Below are positions 1 through 9,369 of a DNA stretch of 64,000 bases, piece after piece. Position numbers and translations under genes: made by a program. Position 1 is the stretch's first letter. Every line of letters begins with the position of its first letter. The notes below the pieces were generated by a model that searched no databases, was not told the origin of the DNA, and worked only from the letters and a program-made list of their open reading frames with translations. The stretch covers positions 2,368,001 to 2,432,000 of the forward strand of contig OZ245046.1 in the NCBI GenBank assembly GCA_965224245.1, written 5' to 3'. The DNA comes from Candidatus Eiseniibacteriota bacterium (GTDB lineage: Bacteria; Eisenbacteria; RBG-16-71-46; CAZAMP01).

Positions 1-490
1 GTCCCTCGCGCTCGGCATGGCGGAACGCGAACCGACACACGCGCTCCATGGCCGGACGCGTGTTCACGCCGATGGCCATCGCCGACTGCCGGCCGGGGCC
101 GATCCAGTGCTCCATGCTGCTGTAGAACCCTTCGAGGTTCTCGCGGACGACCACGAGATCGAGGCCGGGAAACAGGCACGGGACGCCCTCGAACGCGCGC
201 ACCGGCCGGACGTTCGCGTAGAGGGTGAAGTGCTTCCGGAGCGCGACGTTGACGCTGCGAAAGCCCTCGCCGACCGGGGTCTCGCACGGCCCTTTCAGCG
301 CGACGCCGGTCTCGGCGATGGCGTCGAAGGTGGCCTCGGGGAGCGGATCGCCCAGACGCTCCAGCGCGCCGGAGCCCGCATGGACCTCGCGCCACTCGAC
401 GTCGACGCCGGTCGCCTCGACGACGCGGCGGGCGGCGGCCACGATCGCGGGACCGATGCCGTCACCGGGAATGACCGAGACGCGATGCAT
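1..490 (-). CDS. Isocitrate/isopropylmalate dehydrogenase family protein (NAD-dependent IDH-like), 5' part; runs off the window start
   Basis: Not in the ORF track. Manual translation from ATG 490 gives MHRVSVIPGDGIGPAIV...ALKGPCETPVGEGFRSVNVALRKHFTLYANVRP...DLVVVRENLEGFY, with the family motifs IPGDGIG, LKGP, SxNxxLR, YANVRP and RENxEG. A GGAG RBS lies upstream. Confidence 0.9.
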   Translation of the reverse strand, partial: MHRVSVIPGDGIGPAIVAAARRVVEATGVDVEWREVHAGSGALERLGDPLPEATFDAIAETGVALKGPCETPVGEGFRSVNVALRKHFTLYANVRPVRAFEGVPCLFPGLDLVVVRENLEGFYSSMEHWIGPGRQSAMAIGVNTRPAMERVCRFAFRHAEREG

Positions 491-678
491 GGAGGCTCCG
501 TTCGTGCCGGGTGGAGCGCGGCGAGTGCGAGACGCTCGGCCGACCTCGACGCCTCGACACGGGATCCGGAACTCTAGCGCATCGAGCGCGGGATCGACCA
601 GATCGCATGGACCGGCCGGCGGGTCGGTCGAACCTTCGCGTCAACGGCGGGCCCGCAGCCGATCTCCGGTGCGAGACG

Positions 679-1326
679 CTAGTCCGCCACGAAGTCGATC
701 CGGTTGTGCGTGCCATCGCAGAACGGCTTCGTCGACGAGTGGCCGCACCGGCAGAGCGCGCCCTTGCCACCGCGCGCGGTGGGCGCGCCGCCGCGCGCCG
801 CCGCCGTGAACGGACCATCCAGGAGCAACGGGCCGTTCCGAGCCGGCGAGATCTCGAGCGTCTCCCCGCCCGACCCCGCCCCGAGCGTCTTCTCGGGAAC
901 CGCCCCCGGGTCGGCGAATCCCGCGGCTCGATGCGAGCCGTCACAGTAGGGCTTCATGGCCGACGCGCCGCACCGGCAGAGCGCCACCCGTGTCTCCTCG
1001 CGAACCTCGCCCCCCGGCAGCCTCAGCCGGATCCGACCCCGGACGTACACCGGCCCGTCGGGCACGACCTCGATCGTGTTCCGGTCCGGCGCGCGTTCGG
1101 GATCTCCCCCGTCGCGACGCTCGTGGAACAGCGCGCCGCTCGGGCAGGCCTCGACGACGCGCGCGATCGCATCGGCTCCGGCCTCCGCCGGTCGGATCCA
1201 TGGCCGCGCGCCGGGGTCGAACACCGACGGCAACCTCGCGACGCACTCGGCCGCGTGAATGCATCGCGCGGTGTGGTATCCCACGACGACGGCATCGGAC
1301 TCGTAGCGCCGCGGCTTCTTCTGCAT
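679..1326 (-). CDS. Fe-S protein with a divergent ferredoxin-like domain and two CDGSH [2Fe-2S] domains
   Basis: C-terminal 215 aa of ORF 679..3027, starting MQKKPRRY after an AGGAG RBS. It contains RCIHAAEC...CPSGAL, then LCRCGASAMKPYCDGSH and LCRCGHSSTKPFCDGTH. Confidence 0.9.
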   Translation of the reverse strand: MQKKPRRYESDAVVVGYHTARCIHAAECVARLPSVFDPGARPWIRPAEAGADAIARVVEACPSGALFHERRDGGDPERAPDRNTIEVVPDGPVYVRGRIRLRLPGGEVREETRVALCRCGASAMKPYCDGSHRAAGFADPGAVPEKTLGAGSGGETLEISPARNGPLLLDGPFTAAARGGAPTARGGKGALCRCGHSSTKPFCDGTHNRIDFVAD

Positions 1327-1650
1327 GCAACACGCTCCTGGCGAGGGTCGGTGAACGCAGCCGAGCCGAGTGTGGCATCGAGTGGCCGCGGGGCCAAGCC
1401 CCGGACGGCGCATCGGCGGTCGCCCGACCGAGCCCCCGGGCGCCCTCACGCCGTGGACGACTCGACGCTCCCGGCGGCGGGCCGCGTGTGATAGTCTTGA
1501 CGGGATTCGATCGCCCATCTCGACACGATCGTCCCGGCGCCACGGTCTCCGGCACCATGGTGATCCTCCGCCCGACCTGGCGGCGCAGGATGCGGACCCG
1601 CGCTCGCGCGCGCCCCCACCGCCCGACGCCGGCCCAGAGGACCTCTTCGC

Positions 1651-3594
1651 ATGCTCTCCCTCAGCCGCCGGGGGCTCACCCTGGTCGCCCTGACCGGTCT
1701 GGTCGCGGCCCAGAGCGCCGACGCGATCCGGGTGATGACGTACAACGTCCTGAACTACTCGAGCGGGCGCACCACCGAGTTCCGCGAGGTCCTGGCCGCA
1801 ATCCAGCCGGACGTGCTGGTGCTGCAGGAGGTCCTGTCGCAGCCCGCGGTCGACACGTTCCACGTGCTGGTGCTCGAGAACGTCAACCCCGGCGAGTGGA
1901 CGGCCGGGGAGTTCGACAACGGCCCCGACACCGACAACGCGATCTTCTACCGGACCGCCCTGATCGACGAGATCGACCACTACCTGATCTCGACCTCGCT
2001 GCGCGACATCGACGAGTGGACGATCCGCCCGGACGGATACACGTCCGAGGCCGCCAAGCTCCGGGTGTACTCGGTGCATCTGAAGGCGTCGCAGGGGTTC
2101 GAGACCCAGCGTCTGGGCGAGGTGCAAGCCATGCGCGCGCGCATGGAGACGTATCCCCCGGGCCAGAGCTACCTCGTGCTCGGCGACTTCAACATCTACA
2201 CGAGCAACGAGCCGGCCTACATCTACATGCTGGGCACCACCGGCGGGTTCGCCGGAGTGGTCGAGGATCCGATCGACATGCCCGGCGACTGGCACAACGA
2301 TGCGAGCTTCGCGTCGATCCACACGCAGTCGCCGCGCACGTCGGACTTCGGCGGCGGCTCCACCGGCGGGATGGACGATCGGTTCGACATGATCCTGACC
2401 TCGCCCTCGCTCCAGCCCGACGTCGAGGAGGGCTGGTCGTTCATCACCGGCACCTACGAGGCGTTCGGCAACGACGGCTTCCACTTCAACGATGCCATCA
2501 TCGATCCCCCGGCGCACCCGACGCTGCCGGCGTCGGTCATCCAGGCGCTGCACGACGCGTCGGACCACCTTCCGGTGATCGTGGAGCTGAGCGTGCCGTC
2601 GAAGATGGTCGTGGGGCCCGCGAGCATCGACTTCGGCCCGTGGATCACGGGGTCCACCGCGTCCACCGACCTCACGGTCGAGAACCCGGCGATTCCCCCC
2701 GCCGACGTCCTCCAGTTCGACTTCTCGATCTCGGGGGCGTTCTCGGCCCCGGCCGGTGAGTGGGAGGCCGAGCCCGGCGAGGGGCCGGTGACGCACCCGA
2801 TCACGATGATCACCGACACCCCGGGCTTCATGACCGGAGACCTGTTCGTCTCCGGTGACGCACCGGACAATCCGGCGATCCTGGTGCCGGTGTCCGGCGT
2901 CGTCATCGAGCCGGCGGACCCGTCCACGTCGAGCGACGTCCTCGCCACGACCGCACCGCTCGACTTCGGCACCCACGCCACGGGCGAGTTCACCGACCAG
3001 ACCGCGACGATCTACAGCTACGGTCACTACGTCTTTCAGTCCGACACCGACATCTACGCCGCCGAGCTGACCGGCGATCCGCGCTTCTCGATCGTCGGCG
3101 GCTTCACGCCGTCCTTCGCGGGCTTCGCGCCGGCGACGTACGACGTCGCGTTCGACGACACCGGCGCCCCCGACGGCACGTACCTCGCCACGCTGACGTT
3201 CTCGACCCGTGACAACCCGGTCGCCGGTGGCGCCCAGAACCGGGCCGACATCGTCTTCGAGCTGAGCGCCACCGTCGACGGCGGCACGCTCGCGTCGGGC
3301 GACCCGGCAGGTCCCGTCCCTGCCGGGTTCGTGGGCATCGCGCCGAACCCGTTCTGGCCGTCGACGCGCATCGCGTTCGGCGTGGGGGAGCCCGGCCGGG
3401 TGGATCTCGACATCTACGACGTGTCGGGGCGCGCCCTGCGGCGCGTCGTGTCACGCGCGTTCGCCTCCGGTGTGCACACGGTCAGCTGGGACGGACGCGA
3501 TGACGCCGGACGGCGTCTGGGATCGGGCATCTACTTCGCCCGGCTGCGCACGCCCGAGTCGAGCGAGACCCGTGTCGTCATCCGCGCGCGCTAG
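1651..3594 (+). CDS. Secreted endonuclease/exonuclease/phosphatase (EEP) protein with Ig-like domains and a C-terminal FlgD-Ig-like sorting domain
   Basis: Signal peptide; motifs VMTYN, LQE, HLKA, GDFN, DDRFD and SDHLPV; C-terminus APNPF...IYDVSGR...WDGRDDAG..LGSGIYFARL. Confidence 0.85.
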   Translation: MLSLSRRGLTLVALTGLVAAQSADAIRVMTYNVLNYSSGRTTEFREVLAAIQPDVLVLQEVLSQPAVDTFHVLVLENVNPGEWTAGEFDNGPDTDNAIFYRTALIDEIDHYLISTSLRDIDEWTIRPDGYTSEAAKLRVYSVHLKASQGFETQRLGEVQAMRARMETYPPGQSYLVLGDFNIYTSNEPAYIYMLGTTGGFAGVVEDPIDMPGDWHNDASFASIHTQSPRTSDFGGGSTGGMDDRFDMILTSPSLQPDVEEGWSFITGTYEAFGNDGFHFNDAIIDPPAHPTLPASVIQALHDASDHLPVIVELSVPSKMVVGPASIDFGPWITGSTASTDLTVENPAIPPADVLQFDFSISGAFSAPAGEWEAEPGEGPVTHPITMITDTPGFMTGDLFVSGDAPDNPAILVPVSGVVIEPADPSTSSDVLATTAPLDFGTHATGEFTDQTATIYSYGHYVFQSDTDIYAAELTGDPRFSIVGGFTPSFAGFAPATYDVAFDDTGAPDGTYLATLTFSTRDNPVAGGAQNRADIVFELSATVDGGTLASGDPAGPVPAGFVGIAPNPFWPSTRIAFGVGEPGRVDLDIYDVSGRALRRVVSRAFASGVHTVSWDGRDDAGRRLGSGIYFARLRTPESSETRVVIRAR

Positions 3595-3612
3595 GCACCC
3601 CGCGGGGACCGC

Positions 3613-4770
3613 ATGGCCATCCCACCGGCGCGGAGCCGCGTGCCGATGACCCGCCCGCCCTCGTCACTGACCGATCGTCGCGTGTTCCGACCCGCGGCGA
3701 TCGGACGACTCACGCTCCGCAATCGCGTGGCCATGGCGCCCATGACGCGCCGCATGGCCGCCGAGGACGGCGTCCCCACAGCCGAGATCGCCGCCTACTA
3801 CCGCCGGCGCGCCGAAGGCGAGGTCGGCCTGATCATCAGCGAGGGCACGGCGATCGACGACGTGCACGCGTACGACACGCTCACGGTTCCCCGCTTCCAG
3901 ACCGACGAGCAGCTCCGGGGATGGACGCGCGTCGTGGACGCGGTCCACGACGCGGGCGGGGCGTTCGCGCCCCAGCTCTGGCACACCGGACGCGCCGCCG
4001 CGAACGCCATCGGCCCGTCGGCCGGATCGCGCCCGCCGCGCCCCGACGGCACGCCGCGCTCGCCGGTGCGCGAGATGACCGACGAGGACGTGGCCCAGGT
4101 GCTCGACGCATACGCCCACAGTGCCCGCGCGGCGCGGGAGATCGGCTGCGACGCGCTCGAGATCCACAGCGCGCACGGCTATCTCCTCGACTCGTTTCTG
4201 AGTGCCGCGACCAACCAGCGCGACGATCGCTACGGTGGCTCGGCCGAGGCCCGGATGCGCTTCCCGCTCGAGGTGCTCGATCGTGTGCGAGCGGCCGTGG
4301 GTCCGGCGTTCCCGATCATCTACCGCTTCAGCCAGTGGCGGATGAGCGACTACCGCGAGATGAAGTTCCGCACCCCGACCGACCTCGAGCCGTGGGTTCG
4401 CGCGCTCGGCGAGCACGGTGCCGACATCCTCCACGTCAGCACGCGCGAGGCCACCGACCCCGGCTTCCCCGACGATCCTGAACACCCGGAGTGGAGCCTC
4501 GCGGCGTGGACGCAGCACCTGTCCGGACTCCCCACGATCGCCGTGGGCAAGATCTCGGTGACGCTCGGCATGGACGAGACGCGGGGGCGGAGCGACAACC
4601 GGATCGCCGACCCCACGCCCGCGATCGAGATGGTCGAGCGCGGCGAGGTCGACATGATCGCCGTGGGGCGGGCGCTGATCGCGAACCCGGACTGGGTCCC
4701 GATCGTGCGAGCGGAGCGCTGGAGGGAGCTGACGGCCTACGAGGCGTCGCTGTTGACCGAGCTCAGGTGA
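3613..4770 (+). CDS. NADH:flavin oxidoreductase (old yellow enzyme family)
   Basis: Motifs LRNRVAMAPMTR, YYRRRA, QLWHTG, EIHSAHGYLL, TNQRDDRYGG and VGRALIANP. The start could instead be ATG 3646. Confidence 0.92.
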   Translation: MAIPPARSRVPMTRPPSSLTDRRVFRPAAIGRLTLRNRVAMAPMTRRMAAEDGVPTAEIAAYYRRRAEGEVGLIISEGTAIDDVHAYDTLTVPRFQTDEQLRGWTRVVDAVHDAGGAFAPQLWHTGRAAANAIGPSAGSRPPRPDGTPRSPVREMTDEDVAQVLDAYAHSARAAREIGCDALEIHSAHGYLLDSFLSAATNQRDDRYGGSAEARMRFPLEVLDRVRAAVGPAFPIIYRFSQWRMSDYREMKFRTPTDLEPWVRALGEHGADILHVSTREATDPGFPDDPEHPEWSLAAWTQHLSGLPTIAVGKISVTLGMDETRGRSDNRIADPTPAIEMVERGEVDMIAVGRALIANPDWVPIVRAERWRELTAYEASLLTELR

Positions 4771-4781
4771 GGGCACGAAGG

Positions 4782-4819
4782 AGCCCCCCGCTCGGCCGCA
4801 CTGGGCCGATCGAGGGGCT
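4782..4819. terminator. GC-rich hairpin between the convergent OYE gene and tRNA-Asp; possible terminator
   Basis: Imperfect inverted repeat AGCCCC..TCGGCC-loop-GGCCGA..GGGGCT with only a weak U-tract. Confidence 0.4.
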
Positions 4820-4826
4820 GACGATC

Positions 4827-4903
<77 letters not shown>

Positions 4904-5118
4904 GCGCGATTTCTGAGCGACGGGGAGGCTATCACGGGCGTTTCCGCGTCGTCAACAAGCCGATCGTCTCCCGGCCCCCGCTTGACGGTCCGCGGCGACC
5001 CGGGCGACACTCCATCCCCTCGGCCCCGCGAAGGGGCTTCGGATCTCGGTGTGTCGCCGGACGAGCCCGGCGACACCCGGCGCACCCACGCCGCGCGGCG
5101 GTCCTGCCGGAGGTTGTC

Positions 5119-5280
5119 GTGTCAGAACGAACGGGGCTCCTGGGCGAGCTGTGGGCCTTTCTGAAGGTCCGGAAGAAGTGGTGGATCGGCCCGATCGTGC
5201 TCTTCGTGGCTGCCCTGACCGTCCTCATCCTCGTGGCCGAGCGCTCGCAGAACACGCCGTTCATCTACGACATCTTCTAG
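5119..5280 (+). CDS. Small membrane protein, DUF5989-like (53 aa)
   Basis: Below the ORF-track cutoff. GGAGG RBS then GTG; MSERTGLLGELWAFLKVRKKWWIGPIVLFVAALTVLILVAERSQNTPFIYDIF matches the LWxFLxxRKKWW...PFIYxxF pattern. Confidence 0.8.
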   Translation: MSERTGLLGELWAFLKVRKKWWIGPIVLFVAALTVLILVAERSQNTPFIYDIF

Positions 5281-5323
5281 CGGCTACCCGGGGGCGTCCG
5301 GCTCGCGGACGCGCCGCCCACTC

Positions 5324-6859
5324 TCAGGAGTGCCGCCCCGCGGTCCACGCGTGGGCCAGGGCGGCGAATGCACTCTCGTGACACCCCGTCGCGCCGACGG
5401 CCCCCCATTCGGCGGGCACGGCGTCCAGGGCCGCGTGATCGGCCACCGCCAGCGCCACGGCGTTCCGGCTCGGGGCGCCGTTCGACCCCGACGACCGTCT
5501 CCACGCCTCGAGCCGGGCGATCGCATCGCGGTCGGCGTCGGAGGGGACCGCCCCCCGGACGTACAGCACGATCACCGCCGTGCCTCCGGCCTCGCCCCGG
5601 CCGCCGCCGGACGGATCGAGCGCCGAGCCGGCCCCGTAGCGGCGGATGACGACGGTCGCGGGCGCGAGCCCCGGCACGAGGGCCGCCAGACCGGTCCGCA
5701 CCGCGTCCTCCCGGAGCACGAACGCGGGCGCGGCCTCGGGGAGCCAGATCGTCAGCGGTCCCGTCGGCGGCGCCGGTGGCCGCACGACGCGGGTGAGGCG
5801 CCGGTGCGCCTCCATCGGGTCGGTCGACGGTGACGGCTGCGCGCGCTGGCGCACGAGGCCGCACCAGGTGTGGAGCGCGGCGACCGCGCCCGCCGCCCGC
5901 TCGAGCGCGTGGAGTCCCCCCGGCTCGCCGCGGGCGGCCGAGAGCGCGGCGCGGATCTCCGAGGTGACGCCCACGTCGCGCGCACGCAGGAAGAGATCGA
6001 CCCCTGCCCTCAGCGCGGCCACGACGCCGGTCCCGAGCCCCTCCTCCTCGCCGAAGCCCGCCATCTCGAGCGCGTCGGACACCACCGCGCCCCGGAAGCC
6101 GAGCCCGCCGCGGAGGAGATCGGTCAGGATCCTCGACGACCGGGTCGCCGGGCCGGGCGCCGGGTCCAGCGCGGGGACGTGGACGTGGGCGCTCATCACC
6201 AGCGGCACGTGATCGGCGAGCACGGCCCGGTAGGGTGCGAGATCCCGGCGCTCGATCTCGGCGCAATCGTCCGGCACGACCGGGAGCCCGTGGTGGCTGT
6301 CGGTCGTGGTCGCCCCGTGCCCGGGGAAGTGCTTCGGACACCCCACGACGCCCCCGGCGGCGAGGCCCCGCAGCGCCGCCCGCGCATGTCGGGCCACGCG
6401 ATCGGGCGTCGCCGCGAACGACCGTCGCCCGATGACGGGATTGTCCGGGCGGACGTTCACGTCCACGAGCGGTGCGAAGGCGACGTCGATGCCGGCGTCG
6501 GCGAGCGCGGCTCCGGCGCGATGGAAGACCCGCTCGGTCAGCGCGACGTCGTCGGCCTCGCCGAGCGCGCCCGGCGCGGGCGCCATCACGAGCCGATCCG
6601 GCCCGCCCGGGATCAGGGGCAGCCCGTCGAGCTGGCTGACCAGCCCCCCCTCCTCGTCGACGGTCACCAGGATCGGATGGGGTGAGAGCGCACGCGCGGT
6701 CTCGATCAGCGTGCGCGTCTCGGCGAGCGAGCCGAGATCCTCGCGAAAGAGGATCAGCCCCCCCAGCTCACCTCGCTCCAGCGCCCCCGCGACCGGCTCG
6801 AGCCCGCGCCCGTCGAGCCCGGACACGACGAGGCGTCCGGGGTTCGGCTCAGTACACAC
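5324..6859 (-). CDS. nagZ: Beta-N-acetylhexosaminidase, GH3
   Basis: Motifs VDEEGG, APLVDVN..PDNPVIGRRSF, KHFPGHG..TDSH, MSAH and SDALEM; lies in an operon with anmK and murQ. Confidence 0.88.
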   Translation of the reverse strand: MCTEPNPGRLVVSGLDGRGLEPVAGALERGELGGLILFREDLGSLAETRTLIETARALSPHPILVTVDEEGGLVSQLDGLPLIPGGPDRLVMAPAPGALGEADDVALTERVFHRAGAALADAGIDVAFAPLVDVNVRPDNPVIGRRSFAATPDRVARHARAALRGLAAGGVVGCPKHFPGHGATTTDSHHGLPVVPDDCAEIERRDLAPYRAVLADHVPLVMSAHVHVPALDPAPGPATRSSRILTDLLRGGLGFRGAVVSDALEMAGFGEEEGLGTGVVAALRAGVDLFLRARDVGVTSEIRAALSAARGEPGGLHALERAAGAVAALHTWCGLVRQRAQPSPSTDPMEAHRRLTRVVRPPAPPTGPLTIWLPEAAPAFVLREDAVRTGLAALVPGLAPATVVIRRYGAGSALDPSGGGRGEAGGTAVIVLYVRGAVPSDADRDAIARLEAWRRSSGSNGAPSRNAVALAVADHAALDAVPAEWGAVGATGCHESAFAALAHAWTAGRHS

Positions 6860-8150
6860 GTCGGATGTCGACGTCGCGGTAGTAGTAGCGGAGGATCTCG
6901 TCGTACGACCGGCCGCGCTCGCTCATCGCGATCGCGCCCATCTGGCACATTCCCACGCCGTGGCCGTAGCCGTGCCCGTCGGCCGTGATGGTGCGGACGC
7001 GGCCGTCCCGGCGATCCACGTTCAGGTCGAAGAGCGTGCTGAGCAACGCGCGGTGCCGGGGCCCCGGCTGGCGAATCGTCCACCGGATCGAATCGCGCTC
7101 GATCCGGTAGCGCCCCGTCGTCGTCTCGACCTCGAGAGAGACCACGCGGCCGGATGGACCGCGCTCGCGAACCCGGACGTTCGTGAGCGTCCCGAACGGG
7201 GATCCGTCGTGGGGGTGAAAGCGCGGGTAGTACGTGCGAAGGACGCTCATGAACTCCTCGGCGGTCCAGCGGACCTTCCAGTGGTAGTACTTCGACGCCT
7301 CGCACCAGTCGTGGCCGCTTCCGCGATCGCGTCGCGACCGCAGATGCTCCTGACCGTCACCGCCCCACACCTCGATCGGCGAGGCGGTGTGTCCCCCACA
7401 CGTGGACGAGTAGAGCGCGTCGGCCGGGACGTCGTCGTGTAGCAGCACCTGGCCGGCGGTCTCGACGCATGCCCGGCGAACCGCCGGGGACTCACCGTGG
7501 AGGCCCGTGTAGACCTGGTCGCCGGTCGTGCTGGCCACGTCGAAGTCGTCGTCGCGCGGGCGCGAGATCCGACGGTACGCGTACGTGCGTGCGGCCACGG
7601 CCTGGGCCTTGAGCGCTTCGGTGCGTTTGCCGCCGTCGCGTCCGAGCTCGTTGCCGACCACGCCGGCCACGTAGTCCTCCAGACGCAGGCGGTTGACCAC
7701 GGTCAGGCCCTCGGAGTCCGCCGACAGGACGAGATAGCCCCGGTACAGGCGATCGTCGAGCTGTATCGTGGCCCCCGGCGTCGCCGGGTACAGAAGGAGC
7801 CGATCGGACGCCTGGCCGCGGTCGACGCCCGCGCCGTCGACGATCCGCACGAAGGTGTCCCCGGTGTGCTGAAACCCCCAGAGGACGTTCGGGGCGATCT
7901 CGAGCGGGGCGCGATCCTGCCCGTCGAAGCCGATGCGCCACGCGTGACGCGAGCCCACCGAGACCCGATCGACACCGGTGGCGATGGCGACCCGCACCAC
8001 CGGGCCGTCGGTGGCGGGGCGCACCGTTCTCGTCGGAGCCGTGCAGGACGACGTCGAGAGGATGCCCAGGATCAGCGCCGCCGCGGCGCGGCGCGAGGTG
8101 ACGCTGTACGACACGCATGCTCCCGGGTGCATGACACGCCCGGGGCGCAT
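6849..8150 (-). CDS. SpoIID/LytB-domain lytic transglycosylase, probable lipoprotein
   Basis: Motifs YRG, VVN.L.LEDYVAGVVGNE, EALKAQAVAARTYA, DQVYTG and GHGYGHGVGMCQMGA...ILRYYY. Start codon uncertain. Confidence 0.9.
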   Translation of the reverse strand: MRPGRVMHPGACVSYSVTSRRAAAALILGILSTSSCTAPTRTVRPATDGPVVRVAIATGVDRVSVGSRHAWRIGFDGQDRAPLEIAPNVLWGFQHTGDTFVRIVDGAGVDRGQASDRLLLYPATPGATIQLDDRLYRGYLVLSADSEGLTVVNRLRLEDYVAGVVGNELGRDGGKRTEALKAQAVAARTYAYRRISRPRDDDFDVASTTGDQVYTGLHGESPAVRRACVETAGQVLLHDDVPADALYSSTCGGHTASPIEVWGGDGQEHLRSRRDRGSGHDWCEASKYYHWKVRWTAEEFMSVLRTYYPRFHPHDGSPFGTLTNVRVRERGPSGRVVSLEVETTTGRYRIERDSIRWTIRQPGPRHRALLSTLFDLNVDRRDGRVRTITADGHGYGHGVGMCQMGAIAMSERGRSYDEILRYYYRDVDIRRVY

Positions 8151-8159
8151 GCGCCCCGA

Positions 8160-9356
8160 TCACGTGTCGTTCGCTCGCTCCCGGCGACCGCTCGGCACCA
8201 CGGCGCCCAGAACCACCGGATGATGCGCTCCGGTCGCCGCCGGCAGGTTCGCCGGCCGACCTTCCAGAGTTTCGTTACCCAGGATCGCGAACGCAATGGC
8301 TTCTTTCGCGTCGGGGTGTAGACCGTATTCCCGCGAGGTGACGACCGCCGACGACTTGAACGTGGCCTGGAGCGCCCCCATCACCGCGGCGTTGTGCACC
8401 CCGCCGCCCGACACGATCACCTCGTCGGGATGCCGGAATCGCGGCGCGACGAGTGTCTCCAGCGCGTTCCCGATCGACTGCCCGACCAGCATCGCGGCCG
8501 AGGCGAGGATGTCGTTCGCGCCCAGACCGAGCTTGCGCCCCGCCGAGAGCACCGACGAGGTGAACCGGTGTCCGAACAGCTCGCGCCCGGTCGACTTCGG
8601 CGGCCTGGCGGCGTAGAACGGATGGCGCAGCACCTCCTCGACGAACCGGCGGCTGGGGCGACCCGAGGCCGCCGCCGCACCGTCTCGATCGTACGCGGTG
8701 TTCAGGAGCAGCTCGGAGAGCCCGTCGAGGATCATGTTGCACGGCCCCACGTCGAACGCGACCACGTCGTCGAGCCGCGCACCGGCGGGCACGATGGTCA
8801 GGTTGACGATCCCGCCCAGGTTGATCAGCACGCGCGAGCGCGCGTCGTCGCGGAACAGCATGTAGTCGACGTAGGGAATGAGGGGGGCCCCGGTGCCTCC
8901 GGCGGCCACGTCGCGCGCGCGGAAGTTGCAGACGACCGGACACCCGGTGCGCTCGGCGATCACGGCGGCCTCACCGATCTGAAACGTGGAGCGGTGACCG
9001 CCGGCGCCCGCGGGATCGTGGTGCACGGTCTGCCCGTGCGAGGCCACGAAGTCGACGTCGTCGATGGACACCCCGGCGCTGCCTACCACCGCGAGCACCG
9101 CGTCGCCGAACGTCTCCCCGAGCTCGTAGTTGAGCGAGGACAGGTGCCCCGTGTCCGCGCGGCCGGCCTCGAGCACCCGCTCGCGGAGCGCCGGCTCGTA
9201 GGCGATCATCTGGAACGCGACCGTCTCGACGGTCGTCTCGAGGCCCGACCCGCCGAGCCGGACCAGCGCCGCGTCGACGCCGTCGGCCGACGTGCCGCTC
9301 ATCAGTCCGACGGCCAGCCGCTGGGGCTTGGCCAGGATGGAGGGGAGCTCGCGCAT
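8160..9356 (-). CDS. anmK: Anhydro-N-acetylmuramic acid kinase
   Basis: Motifs GLMSGTSADGVD, SHGQTVHH, DVAAGGTGAPL, NLGGIVN, PPKSTGRELF and KEAIAFA. Start placed at ATG 9356. Confidence 0.96.
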   Translation of the reverse strand: MRELPSILAKPQRLAVGLMSGTSADGVDAALVRLGGSGLETTVETVAFQMIAYEPALRERVLEAGRADTGHLSSLNYELGETFGDAVLAVVGSAGVSIDDVDFVASHGQTVHHDPAGAGGHRSTFQIGEAAVIAERTGCPVVCNFRARDVAAGGTGAPLIPYVDYMLFRDDARSRVLINLGGIVNLTIVPAGARLDDVVAFDVGPCNMILDGLSELLLNTAYDRDGAAAASGRPSRRFVEEVLRHPFYAARPPKSTGRELFGHRFTSSVLSAGRKLGLGANDILASAAMLVGQSIGNALETLVAPRFRHPDEVIVSGGGVHNAAVMGALQATFKSSAVVTSREYGLHPDAKEAIAFAILGNETLEGRPANLPAATGAHHPVVLGAVVPSGRRERANDT

Positions 9357-9369
9357 CTCGGTGACCCTT

